DNA from: Minisyncoccota bacterium
GTDB lineage: Bacteria > Patescibacteriota > Minisyncoccia > Phycocordibacterales > UBA9973
Direction of reading: 5' to 3'
Length of the DNA: 59,443 nt
Assembly (NCBI GenBank): GCA_039915165.1
Contig: JBDSNU010000018.1
Coordinates: 232,617 to 292,059 of the forward strand
The translations under genes were made by a program, and so were the position numbers. The notes beneath the pieces are model-generated. The model saw only the letters and a program-made list of their open reading frames with translations. It did no database searches and was not told where the DNA came from. This document shows positions 38,523 through 47,899 of this stretch, in pieces (positions within the stretch are counted from its first letter, which is position 1; each line of letters starts with the position of its first letter).

Positions 38523-39737
38523 ATGCTTAAATTTTCTATACATAAAAAACTCGAAGGCACGCTTGCACGTGCTGGTGAAATTGAAACAAAGAACGGTATC
38601 ATCAAGACACCGGCTTTTGTTGTTGTTGGTACGAAAGCAACGGTGAAGTCTATGACAGCAGAACAGATTCGTAGTCTCAGTGCGCAGGTAGTATTAGCAA
38701 ATACCTACCATTTATATTTGCAGCCGGGTTCAGATATTGTTGCTCAGGCTGGAGGGTTTGGAAAATTTATGGATTGGCATGGTCCGACCATGACTGACTC
38801 GGGTGGCTTTCAAGCGTTTTCACTTGGTGCAGCGTTTGGCAATTCTGTAAGTAAGGTGGCTACAGGAGATGAAGTATCAAATATTTCTGCCACATCAGGA
38901 CAGCTCGCCAAAGTAACTGATGAAGGAGTGATGTTCAAATCACACTTAGATGGTAGTAAGCATTTATTTACCCCCGAGTCTTCAATGGAAGCACAATGGA
39001 AACTTGGCGCAGATATGATTTTTGCATTTGATGAATGCACTAGTCCGACCGCACCATATGAATATCAAAAGAAATCTTTGGCGCGAACATATGATTGGGC
39101 CAAGCGTAGTCTTGCTCGTCATAATGAATTAGATACAGATAAGAAACAGAGTTTGTTTGCCGTTATTCAAGGAGGGCGCTTTCAGGATTTGCGCGAGGAA
39201 GCCGCACGAACTTTGGGGGCACTGGCCGCAGGTCCTGAGCATAGCGAAGGATTTGATGGTTTTGGTATTGGCGGATCATTTACTAAAGATGATATCGGTA
39301 CTGCTGTTGGCTGGGTGAATGCATTGTTGCCTGAAGATAAGCCTCGTCACTTGCTCGGTATCGGTGAGCCACTCGACCTTTTCAATGCCGTAGAAGCCGG
39401 TTGTGATTTGTTTGACTGTATTGCGCCCACTCGTATGGCTCGTCACGGCTCGTTACATACTGCTGATGGACGTCTTAATATTAAGAACGCGCGATTTACT
39501 ACGGATTTCACGCCGATCGAAGAGGGATGCCAATGTTACACTTGCCAGCATCATACTCGTGCATATCTCGCACACCTTTTCCGAGGCGATGAAATGACCG
39601 CATCGACATTAGCCTCAATTCACAATCTGCATTTCATTTTGCGCTTGGTAGAAAAAATCCGCGAAAGTATTTTGGACGATACCTTTCATCAATATAAAAA
39701 AGATTTCTTGGCACGCTATATCAAAAAAGAGCAGTAA
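38523..39737 (+). CDS. tgt: tRNA-guanine transglycosylase
   Basis: TPAFVVVGT, LANTYHL, TDSGGFQ, FDEC, QGG, FDC..PTR, zinc site CQCYTC..H. Confidence 0.93.
   Translation: MLKFSIHKKLEGTLARAGEIETKNGIIKTPAFVVVGTKATVKSMTAEQIRSLSAQVVLANTYHLYLQPGSDIVAQAGGFGKFMDWHGPTMTDSGGFQAFSLGAAFGNSVSKVATGDEVSNISATSGQLAKVTDEGVMFKSHLDGSKHLFTPESSMEAQWKLGADMIFAFDECTSPTAPYEYQKKSLARTYDWAKRSLARHNELDTDKKQSLFAVIQGGRFQDLREEAARTLGALAAGPEHSEGFDGFGIGGSFTKDDIGTAVGWVNALLPEDKPRHLLGIGEPLDLFNAVEAGCDLFDCIAPTRMARHGSLHTADGRLNIKNARFTTDFTPIEEGCQCYTCQHHTRAYLAHLFRGDEMTASTLASIHNLHFILRLVEKIRESILDDTFHQYKKDFLARYIKKEQ
39231..39251 (-). repeat. REP-like family A, in frame in tgt (GPEHSEG)
   Basis: ggtcctgagcatagcgaagga. Confidence 0.65.
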
Positions 39738-39774
39738 GTTGCCCTCCTTGACGGCTTCTATATAATAGAAGTAT

Positions 39775-41859
39775 ATGAAGTTTGAACTTTCAGATCACTA
39801 CCAACCTGCAGGCGACCAGCCGAAGGCAATAAAAGGCTTATTAAAAGGCCTAAAAGACGGCGAGCGGTTTCAAACACTGTTGGGTGGAACGGCAACTGGT
39901 AAGACATTTACTATGGCTAATATCATCAAAGAAATTCAAAAGCCGACATTAGTGATCGCTCACAACAAAACATTGGCAGCTCAGTTGGCATCCGAGTTTA
40001 AGGAATTTTTCCCAAACAATGCTGTGCACTATTTCGTTTCGTACTATGACTATTACCAGCCAGAAGCGTATATGCCAGTGACAGATACCTTTATCGAAAA
40101 GGATGCGCAGATCAACAAAGAAATTGATCGTCTTCGTCATGCAACAACTCAGTCGTTACTAACTCGCAAAGATGTAATCATCGTTGCGTCAGTATCATGT
40201 ATTTACGGTTTAGGTTCTCCAGTTGAATATGCGAAGGAAAATTTCAAGATCGAAAAGGGTATGAAGATTTCTCGTACAGAAATGATGGAGCGTCTCATTA
40301 GTATTCACTTCACTCGTAACATCGCAGACCTTGAGTCTGGACAGTTTCGTGCGCTTGGTAATAAGGTTGAGATTATGCCGATCTCTGACACGTTTCAGTA
40401 CATGATTGAATTTTCTGGCACGACCGTTAGTAGTATTCTCAAGATTGATCCTGTATCAGCACGTATTCTCAATGAGGAAGAAGCTGTATATATATTCCCA
40501 ACGAAGCACTTCATCACTAACCAAGACCAGAAAGAACGCGCGATCAATGACATTAAGCACGAGCTCGATGAGCAGTTGAAACATTTTGAAATGGAAGGGA
40601 AGTTGCTTGAAGCAGAGCGTATTAAACGTCGTACCACTTATGACCTAGCGATGATTCGTGAAATTGGCTACTGTTCCGGTATTGAAAACTATTCTCGTCC
40701 GATGTCAGGCAAAGCCGCAGGAGAACCACCAGAAACATTGCTTTCATATTTCCCTCATAAAGAAGATGGATCACCAGACTTCATGCTCTTTATCGATGAA
40801 TCTCACGTATCTTTGCCACAGCTGCATGGTATGTATGCCGGTGATGCATCACGTAAACAAACGCTGGTTGATTTTGGTTTTCGTTTGCCAAGTGCCAAAG
40901 ATAACCGCCCATTGAAGTTTGAAGAATTCAAAGAACGAATTGGTCAGACAATTTTCGTATCAGCTACTCCAGGTAAATATGAAGCAGAACATGCAACAAA
41001 TGTTGTTGAACAAATCATTCGCCCGACAGGACTCGTAGATCCTATTGTTGAAGTGAAGCCAATCCTTGAACAATTGTCGGGCAAGTCCCCACTACACCCA
41101 GAGGGTTACGCGGGACAAGTTCATGACTTCATAGCTGAAGCCGAAAAAGAAATTGCAAAAGGTGGACGGGCACTTGCAACTACTTTGACAAAGAGAATGG
41201 CAGAAGATCTGACGGATTATTTGAAAGAAAAGAAAATCAAAGCCGCATATATTCACAGTGATATCAAAACTATCGATCGTATCAAAATCATTACGCAATT
41301 TCGTAAAGGTGAATTCGATATGTTGATCGGGGTGAACTTGCTCCGTGAAGGGCTTGATATGCCTGAAGTTACATTGATCGGTATTTTGGATGCTGACAAA
41401 GAAGGATTCTTGCGTAGTGAAGTCTCATTGATCCAAACTATTGGACGTGCAGCACGTAACTCAAACGGTCGCGTGATTTTGTACGCAGACAATATGACTG
41501 GTTCAATGGACCGTGCTATTAAAGAAACACAACGTCGTCGCGATATTCAGCTTGCATATAACAAGAAACATGGCATCACACCTAAAACTATTCAGAAGAA
41601 AATCTTGGATATTACTCAAGGTATGGAAAGCCCGCATGCCAAAGCAGTGAATGCAGAGTTGGCATTGGATATTGAACTTTTTGCTCAACTTGAAAAAGAT
41701 ATGAAGGGCAAGAAAGGCAAGCGCAATCCAATTGAGAAACTGATCAAAATGAAAGAAGATGAAATGAAAGAATCAGTGAAATTGCTCGACTTCGAAACAG
41801 CAGCGATCTTGCGTGATGAAATCAAAGTATTACGAGAGAGAACATATATCAATACATAG
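39775..41859 (+). CDS. uvrB: Excinuclease ABC subunit B
   Basis: PAGDQPKAI, GGTATGKT, YYDYYQPEAY, DESH, LIQTIGRAARN, C-terminal UVR motif. Confidence 0.98.
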   Translation: MKFELSDHYQPAGDQPKAIKGLLKGLKDGERFQTLLGGTATGKTFTMANIIKEIQKPTLVIAHNKTLAAQLASEFKEFFPNNAVHYFVSYYDYYQPEAYMPVTDTFIEKDAQINKEIDRLRHATTQSLLTRKDVIIVASVSCIYGLGSPVEYAKENFKIEKGMKISRTEMMERLISIHFTRNIADLESGQFRALGNKVEIMPISDTFQYMIEFSGTTVSSILKIDPVSARILNEEEAVYIFPTKHFITNQDQKERAINDIKHELDEQLKHFEMEGKLLEAERIKRRTTYDLAMIREIGYCSGIENYSRPMSGKAAGEPPETLLSYFPHKEDGSPDFMLFIDESHVSLPQLHGMYAGDASRKQTLVDFGFRLPSAKDNRPLKFEEFKERIGQTIFVSATPGKYEAEHATNVVEQIIRPTGLVDPIVEVKPILEQLSGKSPLHPEGYAGQVHDFIAEAEKEIAKGGRALATTLTKRMAEDLTDYLKEKKIKAAYIHSDIKTIDRIKIITQFRKGEFDMLIGVNLLREGLDMPEVTLIGILDADKEGFLRSEVSLIQTIGRAARNSNGRVILYADNMTGSMDRAIKETQRRRDIQLAYNKKHGITPKTIQKKILDITQGMESPHAKAVNAELALDIELFAQLEKDMKGKKGKRNPIEKLIKMKEDEMKESVKLLDFETAAILRDEIKVLRERTYINT
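41087..41119 (+). repeat. REP-like family C, in frame in uvrB (PLHPEGYAGQ)
   Basis: ccccactacacccagagggttacgcgggacaag; matches the intergenic copy at 12429-12460. Confidence 0.65.
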
Positions 41860-41917
41860 TAAAATATCAATTACTTTACATTGTGGAGAATAAGCATACA
41901 GTGAAAAGAAAAGTAAT

Positions 41918-42271
41918 ATGGTAATTAAACAATGTGATGTAGTGGATCGTCTATTGAGAGATTCAAGAAGAAGTGCAGTGAGAAAACAATTTTTTATTAT
42001 CATGCTTCACCGCCTAACATATTTAGCGGTAATAGTGATTGTCTGTGCAGTTATTGGTGACTTAACTAATATTGCAAAATGGTACGGTAGTATACCTGGT
42101 GTAATTTTTATTACGTATTTATATGTGGCAAAGAATGCTATTCATTATAAAGATGAAACAATTCAACTGTTGCAAATTAATTATTTAGCAAAACTAAAAC
42201 AACAAAATATACAAAATCATGAAAGGGTTGAGCTGATTGAGATAGCGCTAGCGACCTTTCAGCCGGAATAA
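41918..42271 (+). CDS. Orphan two-TM protein (117 aa)
   Basis: AT-rich ORF with two hydrophobic segments. Confidence 0.5.
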   Translation: MVIKQCDVVDRLLRDSRRSAVRKQFFIIMLHRLTYLAVIVIVCAVIGDLTNIAKWYGSIPGVIFITYLYVAKNAIHYKDETIQLLQINYLAKLKQQNIQNHERVELIEIALATFQPE

Positions 42272-42279
42272 TGTAAAAC

Positions 42280-42308
42280 AAAAATGGGGACTGTCCCCAT
42301 TTTTTTAT
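42280..42308. terminator. Palindromic terminator/repeat with GGGGACTGTCCCC core (copy 1)
   Basis: aaaaatggggactgtccccattttt; near-identical to 45487-45519. Confidence 0.7.
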
Positions 42309-42775
42309 TTTATTAATTCTTTCACCTCTTCAATTTTATGAGGTAATGGATGAAGGTGTGCAGCGATTGCAATTGCTGCAGTGATCAATGCCAGGTTTTT
42401 GATAATGTATTGACCCTCAAGTGTTGGTACAAACCATTGTGTCCACACCATATGAGGAAGGAAAATAAGGGGTAATATTGTAGTGAAGAGGTGGATAAGA
42501 AGGAGGGGGATTACTATGCGTTCAGCGCCTTTGATTAAAAAGAGTACACCGATCAAACATTCAAACAATGCGAAGGCAATATAAAATGCATAAAAAGGAA
42601 TGAAGGGAATTGTTTGTGCATGTAGTGCAAATACTAATCCCGATGCTGGTGATAGACCTATTACTTTCAATATGCCGAACCAGAAATAAATAACGAAGAG
42701 GGAAACGCGTGCCAAGGGGATACTAATACGACGGAAAAAGCGAATAACTTCGTGATCAATGTGATAGATGTCCAT
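42305..42775 (-). CDS. DoxX-family membrane protein
   Basis: RVSLFVIYFWFGILK, FECLIG, PTLEGQYIIKNL. Start reassigned to 42775. Confidence 0.75.
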   Translation of the reverse strand: MDIYHIDHEVIRFFRRISIPLARVSLFVIYFWFGILKVIGLSPASGLVFALHAQTIPFIPFYAFYIAFALFECLIGVLFLIKGAERIVIPLLLIHLFTTILPLIFLPHMVWTQWFVPTLEGQYIIKNLALITAAIAIAAHLHPLPHKIEEVKELIK

Positions 42776-42832
42776 ATACAGATCATCATAGCACAGGTCG
42801 CCAGAGGTTGACTTTCGTGTTATAATTGATCT

Positions 42833-45484
42833 GTGGAAAAACGAAAGAGAGTGATAGGTAGCGCAGCTGAGACCATTGTAGTCAAAGGGGCACGAACACA
42901 TAATTTGAAGAATATTTCAGTAGAGATGCCTCGTAATGCGATGGTAGCTATTACTGGTATGTCAGGTTCGGGGAAAAGTTCTCTGGCTTTTGATACTATC
43001 TTTGCCGAAGGTCAGCGTCGTTATGTTGAATCCCTCTCTTCTTATGCTCGACAGTTTTTGAATCAAATGCCAAAGCCGGATGTTGATGAGATCACTGGTC
43101 TTTCGCCTGCAATCGCTATTGATCAAAAATCTCGTTCAAACAACCCTCGTTCAACTGTAGCTACTATCACAGAAATTTATGACTACTTGCGCGTGCTCTA
43201 TGCTCGTGTTGGTAAGGCGTACTGTCCTGTATGCGGCACATTGATTCAAAAACTTTCAATGGAAGAAATCAACGGATTTATTCTTGGCAAAATTAAAGAC
43301 CTCTCAAAGGCAAAAAATAAAGAAGTGATGGGTGTGGCTTGGAATGATACCCGTATTCAGATTTACGCACCAATTGTTCGAGGGCGAAAAGGTGAATACT
43401 ATCAACTGCTCTATGATTTGCTCGGTCGTGGATTTTCAACAGTGCGTGTTGATGGCAAGATCAAAAACCTTCGTGAAAAAATCGAAATGAACAAAACTAC
43501 TCCGCATACTATTGAAGTGCTAGTAGATGAACTTGCTGTACATGAATTCACTGATACTCCTCGTGATGCAGAACTTCGCCTTTCAGAATCAGTAGAACGA
43601 GCATTGATTGAAGCTGATGGTTTGGTGCAGATTAGTTTCGGTACCTCTCCTGATTTCTCAATGGAAACAAATTTACTGCAAGAATTTTTGCTTTCAAGCA
43701 AGTTTGCATGTCCAAACGATGGCTTCTCATTTCCAGAAATTGAACCACGTCTATTCTCTTTCAATAGTCCGTATGGAGCATGTCCTACTTGTAATGGTAT
43801 TGGTACAAAATTCTTTGGCGGCACCGAGCCTTGTGATACCTGTCATGGTAAGCGCCTACGCCCTGAAGCATTGAATGTATTCATGGGCACAACAAAAGAA
43901 GATAAGAATGGTATCGTAAATGGTATCAATATTGTTGACCTCACAGCTATGTCTGTTGAAGAAGCGTTTAACTTCTTCGGTGCATTGAAGCTATCAGCCA
44001 AAGATAAAGAGATTGCTAATGTCATCATTAAAGAAATTGAAGATCGTCTTAGTTTCTTATTAAACGTTGGGCTTGAATATTTGGCACTTAGTCGTACAGC
44101 AAATACATTGTCTGGTGGCGAAGCACAGCGTATTCGTTTGGCATCACAACTCGGTTCACGTTTAGTGGGAGCAATGTATGTATTGGACGAACCTACTATT
44201 GGATTGCATCAACGCGATAACGAACGCTTGATCAAAACACTGGAAGCACTTCGTGATATCGGCAACACTATCATTGTTGTTGAACATGATGAAGATACAA
44301 TTTTCGCATCAGACTACATCATCGATATTGGTCCTAAGGCCGGCGTTCATGGTGGACAGGTAGTGGTATCAGGATACCTTGATGAATTGCTTGCCGCAAA
44401 AAAGAATGATTCAGGTTCACGAACATTGGCATATTTGCGTAAGGAAGTAGAAATTGAAGTACCAGAAAAGCGTCGCACTGAAGACAAGGGAACACTTCGA
44501 ATCGTCGGGGCAAATTTGCATAATATACACAATTTAAACATTGATGTGCCATTGGGTCGTCTCGTTGCTATTACTGGCGTGTCAGGTTCAGGTAAGAGTA
44601 CCTTCTTGTACGATGTGCTCTATAGCAACCTGCAAGCTCGTTTCGAGCGCAAGCTTCGTAGTGCCAAAGTATTTAACTGCGCATCATTTACTGGTAGTGA
44701 ATATCTTGCGCGTGCGATCATGATCGACCAGTCGCCAATTGGCCGTACTCCTCGTTCCAACATTGCTACCTATACAGGAGCATTTACACACATTCGTGAA
44801 TTATTTGCTTCAACAGAAGAAGCTCGTCTGCGTGGATGGAAGGTAAACCGTTTCTCATTTAACGTGAAGGGTGGGCGCTGTGAAGCCTGTGAAGGTAATG
44901 GTGAAATTGCAGTTGAAATGCACTTCTTGCCAACTGTATATGTGACATGTGATGTTTGTAATGGTAAGCGTTTCGATAAAGAAACTCTTGTAGTGAAATA
45001 CAAAAAGAAAAGCGTGTATGATGTGCTGCAATTAACAGTAGAAGAAGCATTAGAATTTTTTACTGATATTCCTGCAATTTCTGATCGCTTGAAAACATTG
45101 TCAGACGTAGGTTTGAACTATGTGAAATTGGGACAATCAGCCACAACACTTTCTGGTGGCGAAGCGCAACGTGTGAAAATTGCTTCAGAACTATATCGCC
45201 CTTACTTGGAAAAAACCATCTACTTGCTCGATGAACCTACTGTTGGTTTGCACTATGACGATGTGAAAAATCTTATTGGTGTATTAAACAGACTCGTTGC
45301 CAAGGGTAATACTGTTGTTGTTATCGAACACAATTTAGACTTGATCAAAACTGCCGACTGGTTGATCGACTTTGGTCCTGAAGGAGGTGTGCATGGTGGT
45401 AAAGTTGTAGGCAAAGGAACTCCAGAAGAAATTGCTAACAATAAACATTCGCACACAGGAACGTACCTAAAGAAAATACTGTAA
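42833..45484 (+). CDS. uvrA: Excinuclease ABC subunit A
   Basis: GARTHNLKNI, two Walker A motifs (GMSGSGKS, GVSGSGKS), two LSGGEAQR signatures, zinc fingers. Confidence 0.98.
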   Translation: MEKRKRVIGSAAETIVVKGARTHNLKNISVEMPRNAMVAITGMSGSGKSSLAFDTIFAEGQRRYVESLSSYARQFLNQMPKPDVDEITGLSPAIAIDQKSRSNNPRSTVATITEIYDYLRVLYARVGKAYCPVCGTLIQKLSMEEINGFILGKIKDLSKAKNKEVMGVAWNDTRIQIYAPIVRGRKGEYYQLLYDLLGRGFSTVRVDGKIKNLREKIEMNKTTPHTIEVLVDELAVHEFTDTPRDAELRLSESVERALIEADGLVQISFGTSPDFSMETNLLQEFLLSSKFACPNDGFSFPEIEPRLFSFNSPYGACPTCNGIGTKFFGGTEPCDTCHGKRLRPEALNVFMGTTKEDKNGIVNGINIVDLTAMSVEEAFNFFGALKLSAKDKEIANVIIKEIEDRLSFLLNVGLEYLALSRTANTLSGGEAQRIRLASQLGSRLVGAMYVLDEPTIGLHQRDNERLIKTLEALRDIGNTIIVVEHDEDTIFASDYIIDIGPKAGVHGGQVVVSGYLDELLAAKKNDSGSRTLAYLRKEVEIEVPEKRRTEDKGTLRIVGANLHNIHNLNIDVPLGRLVAITGVSGSGKSTFLYDVLYSNLQARFERKLRSAKVFNCASFTGSEYLARAIMIDQSPIGRTPRSNIATYTGAFTHIRELFASTEEARLRGWKVNRFSFNVKGGRCEACEGNGEIAVEMHFLPTVYVTCDVCNGKRFDKETLVVKYKKKSVYDVLQLTVEEALEFFTDIPAISDRLKTLSDVGLNYVKLGQSATTLSGGEAQRVKIASELYRPYLEKTIYLLDEPTVGLHYDDVKNLIGVLNRLVAKGNTVVVIEHNLDLIKTADWLIDFGPEGGVHGGKVVGKGTPEEIANNKHSHTGTYLKKIL

Positions 45485-45486
45485 AT

Positions 45487-45519
45487 AAAAATAAGGGGAC
45501 TGTCCCCTTATTTTTATTT
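45487..45519. terminator. Palindromic terminator/repeat with GGGGACTGTCCCC core (copy 2)
   Basis: aaaaataaggggactgtccccttattttt. Confidence 0.7.
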
Positions 45520-45573
45520 TGTCTTGATATTTTGTAGAGATTAATTTGATGACCCTTTTCTTATGATTAGAGG

Positions 45574-46563
45574 ATGATGACATTAAAACAATTTCAAATT
45601 TGGTTCGAAGGAAAATTTAGCACATTAATTGAATACAAAGTAACATCATTTAGTCAGCTGAGTACTAATGAAGATATAAAAGAGATACTCTCACAGCTGT
45701 CTTCATATGCAAAGGGCGGAAAACACTTCCGTCCGTATATGGTCTATGTAGGATATATGACGGAGGGCGGCGAGTATGACATTTTTTCATTACTCGCAGC
45801 GATAGAGCTACTGCACCTCTTTTGTTTAGTGCAAGATGACATTATTGATAATGAAAGTTTTCGACATGGCACTGAAACTCTGCATCGCAGAGTGGCAGAG
45901 ATAAAACAGAGTAGAGAGATTGGCAGATCAGTCGCAATGCTTGTTGGAGATCTACTTTTGGCGTGGTCAGTCGAATGCTTAGAGCAAACTGAGATTGTTG
46001 AACCATATACTATTGATGATGCCAAGAAAGAATTTCGAACATTACTGTCAGAGGTATTACACGGACAATTGCTCGATGTATTGCTGATCACCAATGATAA
46101 CCCGAGTCAGGAAATTATTTTGCGTAGTATGTATTTGAAGAGTGCACAGTATTCTTTCTCTCGACCATTATATATTGGCACAGTGCTGGCAGGTGCAGAT
46201 CAGGAGTCAAAGGATTTTGTTGAAGAGTATGGTATCAACCTCGGTATGGCATATCAATTGCAAGATGACAGAAATGATTGCCTCAGTGATATAAAAGAAG
46301 GCCAACAAACGCTATTGTCGTGGTATATGTTTAATCAAGCAGCAGATGAAGACCGAAAGGAATTTGATTTATTCTTCTCAAAAGAATGGTCTGAAGATGA
46401 AGAGCAGAAACTTATGAATGTGCTGCGTCACTCAGGAGCATTGTCGTATGTTGAAAAAAGTATTGAAGATTATTTTTTACAAGCAGAAGATGCAATTTTT
46501 AACCACAATAAAGGTGGAGAAGAGGTTTGGCAAGAAATTATTACTACTGTAAAAAACGTGTAA
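45574..46563 (+). CDS. Trans-polyprenyl diphosphate synthase family protein
   Basis: GGKHFRP, FARM DDIID..RHG, GQLLD, KS, SARM YQLQDD. Confidence 0.85.
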   Translation: MMTLKQFQIWFEGKFSTLIEYKVTSFSQLSTNEDIKEILSQLSSYAKGGKHFRPYMVYVGYMTEGGEYDIFSLLAAIELLHLFCLVQDDIIDNESFRHGTETLHRRVAEIKQSREIGRSVAMLVGDLLLAWSVECLEQTEIVEPYTIDDAKKEFRTLLSEVLHGQLLDVLLITNDNPSQEIILRSMYLKSAQYSFSRPLYIGTVLAGADQESKDFVEEYGINLGMAYQLQDDRNDCLSDIKEGQQTLLSWYMFNQAADEDRKEFDLFFSKEWSEDEEQKLMNVLRHSGALSYVEKSIEDYFLQAEDAIFNHNKGGEEVWQEIITTVKNV

Positions 46564-46593
46564 TAAATCGATATTTTGTTATACTAAATAGAT

Positions 46594-47472
46594 ATGACAG
46601 CAGAATCATTCGAAAAATCTACTAATGAAGAGCTTTTAACAGTTACTCCAGAAGATGTGATTATCCAAAAGCCTGAAGATATCAATGAAATGCATGCGGC
46701 AGCCAGAGAGCAGCAGAAGCGTGAAGATGATCAGGAGGCTCAAGTAATGGCAGCTATATTAAAAGATAAAATGGAAGTTGGCATGCGCGCTATGCCTGAA
46801 GAAGAAGCTGGGGTTACACTTATTCCTACAAAAGAACAGTCAACAAAAAAATCTAGCTCATTCTTTAAAAAAGCAGCATTATGGGGAGCTGTAGTAGGAG
46901 GGTTATTTATGAGCCAGCAAGCAAAAGGTCAAGAGAAACTTCATGCTGATAAAACTTCGGTTAATAAGGAGGCAGGTATCACTTCAAAAGATTTTGAATT
47001 ACCTGATTCAGTAAAGCAGGAATGGACTCAGTATCGTGCATGGTACATGGCAGAAGTGAAAAAAGAAGGTCTTTCAAAAGAAACATTGAATACACGAGCC
47101 ACAATTCACCGATTGATGGAAAAGTACAACCTAGAGACTGGTAGCAATATAAATGATGAACTTGTTGGAAAAGTACAAAACTTCTTTATAGGGTATAAGA
47201 AATTTATAGAACAGGCTGCTAAAAAAAATAAAGTCACTATATCAGGCGAAGGAAATCAAGATTTCTTGTCAGGTATCTCAGATCCTGATCTAGTCGCTGG
47301 CGTTAAAACTATGGAACTCGATTTTCCAGGAGGTCAAACTACAACAACGTATAGTAACACTGTAAATTTTCAAATGCCCAGCGGTAAAACACTTCAAAGT
47401 ACAGTAAAAAAAGATACCAAAGTACAATACGAAGCATACGTTGATACTTCTAAATACGACGATCACAAATAA
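46594..47472 (+). CDS. Hypothetical protein with internal signal-like/TM segment
   Basis: 292 aa: acidic N-terminus, KKAALWGAVVGGLFM segment, soluble C-terminus. Confidence 0.65.
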   Translation: MTAESFEKSTNEELLTVTPEDVIIQKPEDINEMHAAAREQQKREDDQEAQVMAAILKDKMEVGMRAMPEEEAGVTLIPTKEQSTKKSSSFFKKAALWGAVVGGLFMSQQAKGQEKLHADKTSVNKEAGITSKDFELPDSVKQEWTQYRAWYMAEVKKEGLSKETLNTRATIHRLMEKYNLETGSNINDELVGKVQNFFIGYKKFIEQAAKKNKVTISGEGNQDFLSGISDPDLVAGVKTMELDFPGGQTTTTYSNTVNFQMPSGKTLQSTVKKDTKVQYEAYVDTSKYDDHK

Positions 47473-47532
47473 TAATTATGTTGCACTAACAAATAAAACC
47501 CGATAGCTATACTAGTTATCGGGTTTTGTGCA

Positions 47533-47838
47533 TTATTCATCGGTTTTAAAAATATCAGAGAACGCATCGCTAAAAAAAGTAATATCCTCGGACGGCTTTT
47601 CATCGCTATCTTCGGAAGATGTATCGCTTTCTTCTCCTCCTTCTTCATCATCCTCTTCTGGAGGGGTAGGGTCAGGATGAACATCAGGGTTATCAACATC
47701 GTCTTGTAGTTGGTCAGCTTCTTCTGAAGCGTCATCTGCGAGAGCTTGTTTGAGGTCATGCTCAACAACTGTCTTGTCTTCGTTTGTACTAGCAAGGGCT
47801 TCACGAGCTTCCTGCACTTTTTCTGATTCTTCGGGCAT
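47533..47838 (-). CDS. Highly acidic 101-aa protein
   Basis: 38 Asp/Glu in 101 residues by my count; A-rich leader; bidirectional terminator at 47495-47527. Confidence 0.65.
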   Translation of the reverse strand: MPEESEKVQEAREALASTNEDKTVVEHDLKQALADDASEEADQLQDDVDNPDVHPDPTPPEEDDEEGGEESDTSSEDSDEKPSEDITFFSDAFSDIFKTDE

Positions 47839-47899
47839 ATGTTTGTTTTTAAAGGTGAATGGATAGAAACTATTTCATATGTTATAATACCTTTATATT

